Of a stretch of 64,000 bases of DNA, positions 1 to 11,770 are shown piece after piece. The position numbers were made by a program, and so were the translations under genes. This DNA is from Haliotis cracherodii (taxonomy: Eukaryota), in contig NW_027266271.1 in the NCBI RefSeq assembly GCF_022045235.1, forward strand, positions 29,264,001-29,328,000, given 5' to 3'. The notes beneath the pieces are model-generated. The model was not told the origin of the DNA, did not search any database, and saw nothing but the letters and a program-made list of their open reading frames with translations. Positions within the stretch are counted from its first letter, which is position 1. The number at the start of each line of letters is the position of its first letter.

Positions 1-157
1 TGGTTCGCTAACGCGAGGCGGCGACTGAAGAACACCGTCCGAGCCCCGAACCTGACGTGGTCAGCCCGGATAAAGCTGTACAACACGTACGTTGTGGGCA
101 ATGCTGAACTCTTCAGCGTCTCCTCCGACGACTCAATTTGGGACTCCGACGACGAAG
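1..157 (+). CDS. Mkx: Mohawk homeobox (Mkx/IRXL1-like) exon, end of TALE homeodomain; 5' end outside window
   Basis: Frame 1 reads WFANARRRLKNTVRAPNLTWSARIKLYNTYVVGNAELFSVSSDDSIWDSDDE: Iroquois-class helix 3 (WFANARRRLK) followed by the Mkx-type NTVR..W..RIKLYN.YV.GNAE..SVSSDDS extension. Donor G|GTAAGT at 157/158, phase 1. Confidence 0.95.
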
Positions 158-258
158 GTAAGTCATTCTGCTGGTGGCTGGAAACTAGCGATACTGTCGG
201 GTACACATACCTTTATCAGCTGAGGTTATGTTTCTGGTTGGCCGCCGCAAAGTATAAC

Positions 259-372
259 GTAAGAGGCGACTATACTTGCCGTAAGAGGCGACTAACGGGA
301 TCGGCTCCCTGTCTTGGTTGATACATGTCATCGCATCCCAATTGCGTGAATCGATGCTCATGATGTCAGTCA
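259..372 (+). mobile_element. SINE family A fragment
   Basis: Matches the middle of the full copy at 984-1256 (gtaagaggcgac...gatcgatgctcatgat). Confidence 0.75.
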
Positions 373-726
373 AAACCCAAATCCCAAACAGTATGTAATA
401 TCAATTCCTTACGGTTCCTTTCTGCACACCATGACATTATATTCCTGACGGGTACCCATACACGCATTTGCGGATGTTTGGTTTCTGACGGGTCGCCATA
501 CAATATATAATGACAAGGTATTCATAACGGGTACCTATTCGTGTATATATTGACACAGCCCTGGCAAATTCCTAGCTAAAGCCATCTATAGCACATCCCC
601 CTTTATCCAACTCTACCCCCTGTCTCTACCCAACCCAACCACCTCCCTGTCACCGCTTTCGGACTGCAGGCTGCACCTGAATCCACACTACTTATATTAT
701 CGAAGGTCCGGATTAGAAGCCTACAG

Positions 727-869
727 TGAGTGAGTGGGTTTGGTTTTACGCCGCTTTTAGCAATATTCCAGCAATATGGGCTTCACACATTGTACCCATG
801 TCGGGAATCGAACCCGGTTCTTCGGCGTGACGAGCGAACGCTTTAACCACTAGGCTACCCGACCGCCCC
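727..869 (-). mobile_element. tRNA-derived SINE family B (internally deleted)
   Basis: Minus strand has A box TAGCCTAGTGG, B box GGTTCGATTCC and an (ACTC)n tail; 12-bp TSD agaagcctacag at 715-726 and 870-881. Confidence 0.9.
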
Positions 870-983
870 AGAAGCCTACAGAAACCCATGCTTGTCAAAT
901 GTGGCGACTATTCTTGTCGTAAGAGGCGACAAACAGGATAGGGTGGTCAGGCTCGCTGACTTGGTTGATGCTCATATCAATCA

Positions 984-1256
984 GACCCGTGAAGATTCCG
1001 GGGTAGAATAGGCCTTCAGCAACCCACGCTTGCCGTAAAAGGCGACTATGCTTGTCGTATAAGGCGACTAACGGGATCGGGTGGTCAGGCTCGCTGACTT
1101 GGTTGATACATGTCATCGATCCAAATTGCTTGGATCGATGCTCATGATATCAAACACTGGATTGTCTGGTCCAGACTCGATTATTTACAGACCGCCTTCA
1201 TATAGCTGGAATATTGCTGAGTGCGGCGTTAAACAACAAACCAACCAACCAACCAA
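984..1256 (+). mobile_element. Full-length SINE-like family A copy
   Basis: 11-bp TSD catatcaatca (973-983, 1257-1267); (CAAC)n tail; about a dozen related copies in the window. Confidence 0.9.
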
Positions 1257-1915
1257 CATATCAATCACTAGATTATCTGGTCCAGGCTCGATTATTTACC
1301 GCCGTCATATAGCTGAAATATTGCTCAGTATGGCGTTTAACAACAAACAACTGTCAAGATTTGAGCAAAAGCTGGTCAAAAGTGTCCGAAGGCATCTGGC
1401 GACAGCACCGACAGCATCCATCAAACCGATGAAATATTTTTAACCAAACGAATGTTTTCATTCTGACTTTATTTAGTTTAGTGATTGTTTGGTCTATTTT
1501 GCAGAATCTCATGACATAAAATAGTACTGTAGATTACTAATCAAGACCGTTTTTACACCAGGGTTCTCGTGAAGCCGCAAATCTGCCTTTTTATACTTGA
1601 AACCGATATCATTCATCAGGAGCACGTTTCACAAAGCGATGTTAGATGCCTACGGTTTCCATAACCCTTGTACCGACTAGTACGCTGGCCGTCACGCCCA
1701 TATCGCTTATTGGACTCGTTTGTTTTACAATATCAGAGGCATACGCGTCGAGTATTTCAATGGTAAGGTAATTGTAGTGTTTTTGCTCACCTGACGAATT
1801 CCTTTTTGTCCGTCGTTTGACCGCCAGTCTGGTTGTTCGGCCGTCGTTAACTTTCACATGTTCGACATCTCCTCTAAAACTACAAGGAAACTCATCTATG
1901 GTGCCCACTACGTTG

Positions 1916-2720
1916 GCAGTCCCGCCCCAAATATATCCTGTGTGAGAGTGCAGTCCCGCCCCAAATGTATCCTGTGTGAGAATGCAGTCCTACCCCCGAT
2001 ATATCCTGTGTGAGAGTGCAGTCCCGCCCCAAATATATCCTGTGTGAGAGTGCAGTCCCGCCCCAAATATATCCTGTGTGAGAGTGCAGTCCCACCCCCG
2101 ATATACACTGTGTGAGAGTGCAGTGCCGCCCCGATATATACTGTGTGAGGGTGCAGTCCCGCCCACGATATATACTATGTGAGAGTGCAGTCCCGCCCAC
2201 GATATATACTGTGTGAGAGTGCACTCCCGCCCCCGATATATCCCGTGTGAGAGTGCAGTCCCACCCCCGATATATACTGTGTGAGAGTGCAGTCCCACCC
2301 CCGATATATACTGTGTGAGAGTGCAGTCCCGCCCCGATATATACTGTGTGAGAGTGCAGGCCCACCCATGATATATACTGTGTGAGAGTGCAGTCCCACC
2401 CCGATATATCCTGTGTGAGAGTGCAGTCCCGTCCCGATATATCCTGTGTGAGAGTGCAGTCCCGCCTACGATATATACTGTGTGAGAGTGCAGTCCCGCC
2501 CACGATATATACTGTGTGAAAGTGCAGTCCCGCCCCGATATATCCTCTGTGTGAGAGTGCAGTCCCGCCCCGATAGATCCTGTGTGAGAGTGCAGTCACG
2601 CCCCGATATATCCTGTGTGAGAGTGCAGTCACGCCCCAGATATATCCTGTGTGAGAGTGCAGTCCCGCCCCGATAGATCCTGTGTGAGAGTGCAGTCACG
2701 CCCCAGATATAACCTGTGTG
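1916..2720. repeat. Minisatellite, 33-34 bp unit, ~24 copies
   Basis: Unit gcagtcccgcccccgatatatcctgtgtgagagt. Confidence 0.95.
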
Positions 2721-3794
2721 TGTTATAGTGAACGTGAGTGTGAAGGTGTTATGTTACAGTGGGCGTGTGTGTGTAGGTGTTACGTGGGCATATGTGTGAA
2801 TGTGTTCTGTGTTATGTGGGCTTGTGTGTGAAGGTGGATCGTCATACGGCGATTAACAGTCTTTTAAGTATCAGCGAAAAGGGATGTCTTCCATTGTGAT
2901 GATGAGGAAACACGAGGCACGCACTGGCAGTCAGTGATGAGGTCACAGGACCTGGGAACTCCGTGTACTCGGATGCAGAGATATCTCGTCACCACCTTCC
3001 CGTCTTTACAGTGGCTGTGTCGCCTGTCGCGTGATAATTGCCTCTATTGCACTGCGAGTTGTACGTAGTTGTTCAGTAAAGCGATTTTGTATCAGTCGAT
3101 GTGCACGTTGTTCAAAGGCATGCATACACACGTGTTTCAACGAACAACGTTGACACATTCAGAGCAGTGCCGTCAACTGGGTGTTCTTTAGGTTCTTCCC
3201 GACTCTGTCTTTCTCTCACACACACCCGTCCACACCACCGCCACCCTCTCCACCCCCCATAACGCTGCACCGTTCATGGGACATGTAATGAATATATATA
3301 TATATATATATCATGTACCTGCAGGGTGAATACAGGCAGTATGTACCATCAGCTGTAGCTATATCTGTGACGCTGCGTGCTCCGATAAGCCTTATCTTCC
3401 CTTCTGTGCACAGTCCATTACTATTCAGTGTTTTGTGCCTGTCTTTTATCGAGATCCCCACACCAGCTTGTGGCGGGATCTGAGGGAGAGAGTTACATAG
3501 CATTGTACAGGGAGGCATTGTCTGGAACATAAACGTCCCTACAATGTGTATGGTTACGTGGCCCTGGCGCGAAGGGGCAAAAACGCAGCCATTTTACATG
3601 CAATTTAAATTTACGATTATTACTTTGTCAATATAGTATTTGCAAGTCGTTGACACAAAACAAGCCCCCTGTCACATTCGGAACGGACGTATTCCTTTGA
3701 AGGTCTGTTTTGTAGCTTTCTCAGCGTCTGGAATAGCTGGCCATAAACCTGAATTACTCCAGTCCACCATGCGCGCGGATGAGTCATACTGGTT

Positions 3795-4235
3795 GTTTTG
3801 TTCCAGTACAAGACGACATAAACATCACCGGCATTAACGTACACCACAACAGAGACATTACTGTTACATACACGACGGAATCAACAACACCAGCATTAAC
3901 GTACACCACAACAGAGACAGCACTGTTACATACACGACGGCATCAACAACACCAGCATTAACGTACACCACAACAGAGACATTACTGTTCCAGTACACGA
4001 CGGCATGAACAACACCAGCATTAACGTACACCACAACAGAGACCTGTTTTGTTCCAGTACAAGACGACATAAACAACACCAGCATTAATGTACACCACAA
4101 CAGAGACATTACTGTTACATACACGACGACATAAACAACACCAGCATTAATGTAAACCACAACAGAGACATTACTGTTACATACACGACGACATAAACAA
4201 CACCAGCATTAAAGTACACCATAACTGTGCCATAC
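3795..4235. repeat. Minisatellite, ~62 bp unit, ~7 copies
   Basis: Unit ttactgttacatacacgacgacataaacaacaccagcattaacgtacaccacaacagagaca. Confidence 0.9.
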
Positions 4236-6625
4236 AACTATACAACAACATCCCCTGAATGAACAGATTCAATGAAAACAGTTCACTGTCGAACTATAAA
4301 TTGGGCATATTTACAGCCGTATCGTCGTGTTTTCAAGCTCTTCTAGAAACGTCATGTGAGAACGCTTCATGCACTTGCTAACCTTTATTAGAGAAGAGAA
4401 TTCACATTTAAACATACTTTATAAAAAAAGACACTGATAATTATATAGGCAGAATAAAAAAACAAGTAACAGATGGGGCAATTGAATTTATTAACACTGG
4501 ACGTCACGTTGACAATATTTAAGAGCTGAGAATATTATAACAATGTATCGAAAAAAATAAAGACAGACGATGTGACATTGTCCGTCATAAGGTTCACATA
4601 TAATACACCAGTCAGCACTATACTAGAATAGCATGTATTCTGATATGCGTCAGGGAAATGCACTTTCCATTGTTGATATAAATCCTTTAGACTCAACAAT
4701 GCAGCTGGGATGCTGTCTGTTTGGTGTTCTACGTGTTATTTGGAACTCTCTTGTCGCTTGGCGTGCATTAAATAGAAAAGGTACAAGGACTGCTTTGTGA
4801 AGCAATGAAACACTTGTGAACCTATCATTATTGTAACGTCTCTGCATACCTTCAATAATCTTGAACGCGACGTTAAACCCCATTTCACCTCAGCTCATAG
4901 TTGTGTTTTATAGCAATGCACGTGACTGATGTGTTTCGTCCTCTCCTGGTAGCCATTTTGTATTATATCTAAGGATGCATGTTACGCGTACTGCCCTAAG
5001 CTATTCTCGGTTAACATTTGTGCACTCAGGGTGCATCTTGTCAAACCTATTTGCCAGAAATGTGATAACCCCTCGGTTGCCTTAGGTCACTCAAATTGTA
5101 ATAATCAAATGCAGGCTGTGACTAATTCTACCACCAAATATACGTAGCATGTGTACGTGGTCCCTATCTCGCTGCCGTATCAGGTGACACAAAACTGGTG
5201 ACGTCATTATTCTTCGTGTTCCACCCACGGTCGTTTACCTTTCCTAAATATGTCGTCTGCTACCATTGTTAGGATTCACGTCTGCTGACATTCCTTCACC
5301 TTCTTGCTTAAAACATTAACGCCAGATAAAGCTGACCTATGAAAATACGTTTGAATATATATATTTTCTATCCACTGTTTGACTGGCCCGGACCCCTAGC
5401 TGTGCCAGGAAACCTGGGGCGCGATACGGCTTTCAAAACGTGATGCGCCAATAGGTTGTTCAAATTGGGAGGGATTAAATCACGCAACGGCTACAATGCG
5501 CTATAATTCTTTCAGTTACTTTATGGGGCCTTGCGTGTGATTGCAAGATATTCATCACCTTTTTGTCCGGAATGTGTTTAGAAGGGGTTTCTTGAATGTT
5601 TAAATTGAATCTCAGATTCTGCTGACTGAGCTGAGCTGTCTTAATTACTATGGAACCTTCCTGCCTTACGGGGTGTCATTCTGACAAGACTTTTGTTGAC
5701 TGAATGGAATTACGCAAAAAACGGAACTGAAAGTGCTATGGGTTTGGCTTGCAATTAATATTTGAATATCTAGTGCCACTTGGGTATTCCAAGACATCAG
5801 CTAAACCCTTAATGCGACGTTTATCAACACTTGGCTTCAATCATGTTGTTATTCAGTCTTTATTTATTAAGACGTTCATCGAAATTTCACGTGAAGGGTT
5901 GCATTGCTTGCAGCAGCACCATCCTTGAACCAGGATGACCCGAGGCTTCATCTGCTAACGTAGCAACTGATTTCCTCAGATTTCGGATCCGGACCATGTG
6001 AATAGATTTCCTGTTAAATACAAAACGTCCTTATAGAGATGTACGTCCATCCGGTTCTCAAAACAATTTATAATGCAAAGATATCAGGTTAATATTTCTA
6101 GTACTGTTATGTGAGTTCTTAAGTCGGTAGTGTTACCGGTAGGGCAGGACATGCTTACCTTTTTCGCGAACACCTGGTGACGTCACTGATTTTCATACAA
6201 TTCTTATAATTTCCACCGCTATTTGTCCCTTTACGCCAAGTGGAATCAGTTTCGGCAGAAAGTGTACGCTGGTTATTTTATTGCATTGACAATTTATATT
6301 TAGTGTTTCAACCACTAGACTTATACTTTGAAGCTGTGGATTTGCATTGAGCATACGAACATGCCATGTTGATATTTGAAGACTTCTGTAAAGTGAGTTC
6401 TTACGCCAGCTGTACATTTCTGCTTTATTTATATCACATGACCCGGCTAATATCCTCGTGGAGTTGAGTGCTCGTCCTATTATACAATGTGATCAAGTCG
6501 ACCCACAACAAGCACGCCCGTACCAGGCACCAAGCAGTAACGCCCCATATTCCAGTACGCTCTCATTGACTGCGAGAAAGAAGGAATGTTAGCTGTCCGT
6601 ACAATAAGATGAGTCTGTCATCAAC

Positions 6626-6802
6626 TTTGTTGTTTGTTTGTTTGTTGTTTATCGTCGCACTCAGCAATATTCCAACTATATGACGGCGGTCCGTAAATAA
6701 TCCAGTCTGGACCAGACAACCCAGTGAGTGATATCTTGAGTACCGACCGACGCAATTGAGCCTGACAACCCGATCCCGTTAGTCGCCCCTTTCGACAAGC
6801 AT
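6626..6802 (-). mobile_element. SINE family A, partial
   Basis: Reverse complement of the family A tail and body. Confidence 0.8.
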
Positions 6803-7936
6803 GTGTCATAACTAAAATGATATAATTCCCTATACAAGAGGAGTCCTATGTGAGGCTGTTCGCCTATTGCTTGCTCCACACTGAAGCACGTATTAGACCT
6901 GGTGTCCGATTTGTTGTTAGTTCTTTGTCGCAGTTCATTCAGCAGTGAATCGGTACCCGGTGGGAGGAGATGTTAAGGTGACTGTTAACCTTCTAGTGCC
7001 AACAGACTGCTGTAAACTCTCAAACTGAGAATGAACACACAAACAATATTATGGTAATCTTGGACAGTATGAGGTATGAGGAATTGTGTGCGCGGAGGAA
7101 ATATTTAGCCCACGTCACTCGCATCTTGGTCCCCCGCCATGATATTGCTAAAAGCGGCGTAAAACCATTCTCACTTACCCACACGCTCCTTGTTCTTGAA
7201 AGGAGACACAGGGGAGGTAACCACGCACCGCCGACGTCAGGGCGGTTGTTTTCGTGATATGATTGTTCCTACACGGAGGTGACATTCACTGCTCCCGACT
7301 GATAATAATGTTTACATCGTACAGACACTGATAAATGAATAACAATCTTATCATCATTGTTGATCATAGTTTCGATCTAAACTTGAACCTTCATGTATGT
7401 GAATAATTCCTGAGAACATTTAAAAACACCTTCTTATCTCGCGAATATATTATACATACAGTGATCATAAAGTGATCTGTACTAATCTACACACGGAGAA
7501 ATAAGTCTCACTGTGTTGTCTGGGCTGGACGTGACATTAAAGGACGAGGGTAATCAACTGGTGCCACTTGTCCCTCGTGTTGGTACCAGTGCCGTAGCCA
7601 GCCCGGGGAGTGAGGGGGGGGGGGGGGGGGGGGGGAGGGGCAGTAGCACCCCCTGTATTGTTTATAGAAAACATTTTTCCTTGTAAAAGTTAACTGGAAT
7701 AAGAAATGAATAATCTTATTTGCAACACACACACACACCCACACACCCACACACCCACCCACCCCCGCCACACACCCCACCGCCAGCCGCACCCCCACCC
7801 CCACCCCCACCTGTCAAAAAAAAGTTAACCACGGCCTTGGACACTGTTGAAATAGCCTGCACTAGTTGTCTTTTCAAACAGTGATGCCCTTGTTGTTCGT
7901 CTGTGATGATCTCAAAATGTAATTTTTCTATTTCAG

Positions 7937-8308
7937 GAGGGCAGCCCACTACATTCCCCATTGACCAATCCGCAGTGATCTCAGATGACCATTCGCTAGC
8001 TTTGGACACTATCGTGCCTTCTCGAGCTGCCACGCCTACGTACAATTCCGCACTGGATTTTAGGCAAGAGCACGTACCTCACTTGTCTGTCCCTGAGGAC
8101 ATAGGGTGCCATCTCAAGTACAAAAACACTATTCTCCAAAGGTATTTGAATGACCATTACAGCCATCCTGTGACCTTGGAGGAAGGCGACCTTCCTAGAA
8201 CACGTGACCGACGGCAGTCAGGATCCATGGGGTCACGTGACTACGAGGAGATGTCCACATCCTCTGCGTCATCACCTTTTAACGATAACCACCATAATGT
8301 GTTTGATG
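7937..8308 (+). CDS. Mkx: Mkx internal exon (372 nt)
   Basis: Acceptor tttttctatttcAG, donor G|GTACGT, phase 1-1, in frame with the previous exon. Encodes KYKNTILQRYLND and RRQSGSMGSRDYEE, resembling the conserved Mkx motifs KYKSSLLNRYLND and SGSFSSNEFEE. Confidence 0.9.
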
Positions 8309-9404
8309 GTACGTTCTAGTTGTCTCCCTTTAACGATAACCAATGTACGTTTGAGTTATCTCCCTTTAACAACAACCTTCATACTGTGTTTACAATGAAT
8401 TGGTGCAATATCGCTACTCAATTGCTGCTGCCCGTATATTATAACGGAATAGGTCGATAGGACCCGAGTGCTATGGTTGACGATACTGGAGAGTTATCTC
8501 CCATGAACGATTACCTTCACATTCTACCAAGGTAGAATTGTCATCCTGTCCAACTTGTGTCGATGGTCCGTCACTCAGGCCGCCCTGTTATTTTCCATTA
8601 TCGATGGCCACCACATCCATAAAAGATATTAAAATACTTAATTGTCACAATCAATAGCTAATATCAAATTAACGATATTCATCATAACCCATCAACCGAC
8701 CAACGGTCGTCATTCGGAACACAGCACTTTCTTCTTAGCTAGATGCAGTCAGCGATACATTTGTTCGAATCTGGCAGTCGTTATGTCGGGTATGCAAATA
8801 TCGATCTTTCAGAAGCAACTGTTTCAAAAGACGAGCGCGTTGTTGCCTTAACAAGCTCTAAACCAGCCCTGAACGACCGACAATTTGATATTCTGTTTTG
8901 TAGCTGTAGATGAAAAAATATCTGATCTGGACATAAATTTGCAAACCACTGTCACAGATCAGTAAAGGAAGTTGCATTATCTATTCCTGAACAATCACTG
9001 ACGAAGTGTGTAAGCTCTGGACTAGGATGTGACTATCAAGCAAGCCCTTCTATCAGACATAGGGTCGACTAAACAACCACAGCCTTATCGCTTCCTTCGA
9101 AGCGGTACATTAACGCGACAAGATCCACTTCTCACCCGAGTGTCCCCCATCAACCAAGCAGATAGCTATTGATTACCAGCTTAACTGATTACCGCAGAGG
9201 AAACGAAATCGACATTCTACGTCAATTTATCACCAAGAATGTGTTTTTGTCAGATTTTTTAGGCATGTTGGTGGTAGGTGAAATTCCTTCCTTTTCGAGA
9301 TCAGGCCATCAGTACAGGGGTTGAGGTCCATTATCTACCTGTGTGTGACGTGTGCGCTGGAGTGTTGATTAGCCTGGACTGGGAAATGTATTATGAGTCA
9401 TATC

Positions 9405-9747
9405 TTGATGTGTGCGTGTGCGTGTGTGTGTTTTATACCATCAGTACCCACCGCTTTAATGTGTCTGTGTGCGAGTTAGTATGTGTGTGTGTGTGTGTGT
9501 TATACCATCAGTACCCATCACCCTAATGTATGTGTGTGTGTGTGTGCGTACGTGTGTGTGTTTGCGTGCGTACGTGTTTGTGTGTGTTATAGAATCAGCA
9601 CCCACCATTTTGATCTGTGTGTGTGTGTGTGTGTGCGCGCGTACGTGCGAGTGTGTGTTATACCATCAGTACCCACCACTCTGATGTGTGTCTCTGCGTG
9701 TGTGGGTGCGTACGTGTTTGTTTGTTATGCCATTAGTACCCACCACT
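9405..9747. repeat. Degenerate (TG)n-containing repeat, ~70-80 bp period
   Basis: Recurrent tataccatcagtacccacc separated by TG runs. Confidence 0.75.
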
Positions 9748-11770
9748 CTGTCAGCCTCTCTACACGTGTTCTGTCAGCCTCTCTACACGTGTTCTGTCAG
9801 CCTCTCTACACGTGTTCTGTCAGCCTCTCTACACGTGTTCTGTCAGCCCCAACCAGTGTCCTGTCAGCCTTTCTCCACGTGTTCTGTCAGCCTCTCTACA
9901 CGTGTTCTGTCAGCCTTTCTCCACGTGTTCTGTCAGCCTCTCTACACGTGTTCTGTCAGCCTCTCTACACGTGTTCTGTCAGCCTAAACCAGTGTCCTGT
10001 CAGCCTTTCTCCACGTGTTCTGTCAGCCTCTCTCCACGTGTTCTGTCAGGCTCTCTACACGTCTTCTGTCAGCCTCTCAACACGTCTTCTGGCAGCCTCT
10101 CTACACGTGTTCTGTCAGCCTTTCTACACGTGTTCTGTCAGCCTCTCTACACGTGTTCCGTCAGCCTTTCTCCACATGTTCTTTCAGCCTCTCTACACGT
10201 GTTCTGTCAGCCTCTCTACACGTGTTCTGTCAGCCTCCCTACACGTGTTCTGTCAGCCTCCCTACATGTGTTCTGCCAGCCTCTCTACACGTGTTCTGTC
10301 AGCCTCCCTACATGTGTTCTGCCAGCCTCTCTACACGTGTTCTGTCAGCCTCTCTACACGTGTTCTGTCAGCCTCTCTACACGTGTTCTGTCAGCCTCTC
10401 TACACGTGTTCTGTCATCCTCCCTACACGTGTTCTGTCAGCCTCTCTACACGTGTTCTGTCAGCCTCTCTACACGTGTTCTGTCAGCCTCTCTACATGTG
10501 TTCTGTCAGCCTCCCTACACGTGTTCTGCCAGCCTCTCTACACGTGTTCTGTCAGCCTCTCTTCACGTGTTCTATCAGCCTCTCTACACGTGTCCTGTCA
10601 GCCTCTCTACACGTGTTCTATCAGCCTCTCTACACGTGTTCTGCCAGCCTCTCTACACGTGTTCTGTCAGCCTCTCTACACGTGTTCTGTCAGCCTCTCT
10701 ACACGTGTTCTGTCAGCCTATCTACACGTGTTCTGTCATCCTCCCTACACGTGTTCTGTCAGCCTCTCTACACGTGTTCTGTCAGCCTCTCTACACGTGT
10801 TCTGTCAGCCTCTCTACATGTGTTCTGTCAGCCTCCCTACACGTGTTCTGCCAGCCTCTCTACACGTGTTCTGTCAGCCTCTCTTCACGTGTTCTATCAG
10901 CCTCTCTACACGTGTCCTGTCAGCCTCTCTACACGTGTTCTATCAGCCTCTCTACACGTGTTCTGTCAGCCTCTCTACACGTGTCCTGTCAGCCTCTCTA
11001 CACGTGTTCTATCAGCCTCCCTACACGTGTTCTGTCAGCCTCCCTACATGTGTTCTGCCAGCCTCTCTACACGTGTTCTGTCAGCCTCCCTACATGTGTT
11101 CTGCCAGCCTCTCTACACGTGTTCTGTCATCCTCCCTACACGTGTTCTGTCAGCCTCTCTACACGTGTTCTGTCAGCCTCTCTACACGTGTTCTGTCAGC
11201 CTCCCTACATGTGTTCTGTCAGCCTCTCTACACGTGTTCTGTCAGCCTCCCTACATGTGTTCTGCCAGCCTCTCTTCACGTGTTCTATCAGCCTCTCTAC
11301 ACGTGTCCTGTCAGCCTCTCTACACGTGTTCTGTCAGCCTCCCTACACGTGTTCTGTCAGCCTCCCTACATGTGTTCTGCCAGCCTCCCTACATGTGTTC
11401 TGTCATCCTCTCTACACGTGTTCTGTCAGCCTCTCTACACGTGTTCTGTCATCCTCCCTACACGTGTTCTGTCAGCCTCTCTACACGTGTTCTGTCAGCC
11501 TCTCTACACGTGTTCTGTCAGCCTCCCTACATGTGTTCTGTCATCCTCCCTACACGTGTTCTGTCAGCCACTCTACACGTGTTCTGTCAGCCTCTCTACA
11601 CGTGTTCTGTCAGCCTCCCTACATGTGTTCTGTCAGCCTCTCTACACGTGTTCTGTCAGCCTCCCTACATGTGTTCTGTCAGCCTCTCTACACGTGTCCT
11701 GTCAGCCTCTCTACACGTGTTCTATCAGCCCCAACCAGTGTCATGTCAGCCTTTCTCCACGTGTTCTGTT
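9748..11770. repeat. Minisatellite in Mkx intron, 23 bp unit, ~88 copies
   Basis: Unit ctgtcagcctctctacacgtgtt; produces the spurious 596-765 aa ORFs in all three + frames. Confidence 0.97.

Larger units (their letters stand above)
702..1351 (+). mobile_element. Older SINE family A copy interrupted by two younger insertions
   Basis: Pieces 702-726, 882-983 and 1268-1351 rejoin into a colinear, internally deleted family A sequence once the inserts are removed. Confidence 0.7.

Noticed and set aside
94-321. ORF-track 75-aa protein
   Set aside because: Read-through of the Mkx exon past its donor at 157 into intron and SINE sequence.
7587-7840. hAT-like MITE (cagtgccgtagccag...ccacggccttg)
   Set aside because: Termini only loosely complementary and no TSD found; too decayed to call.
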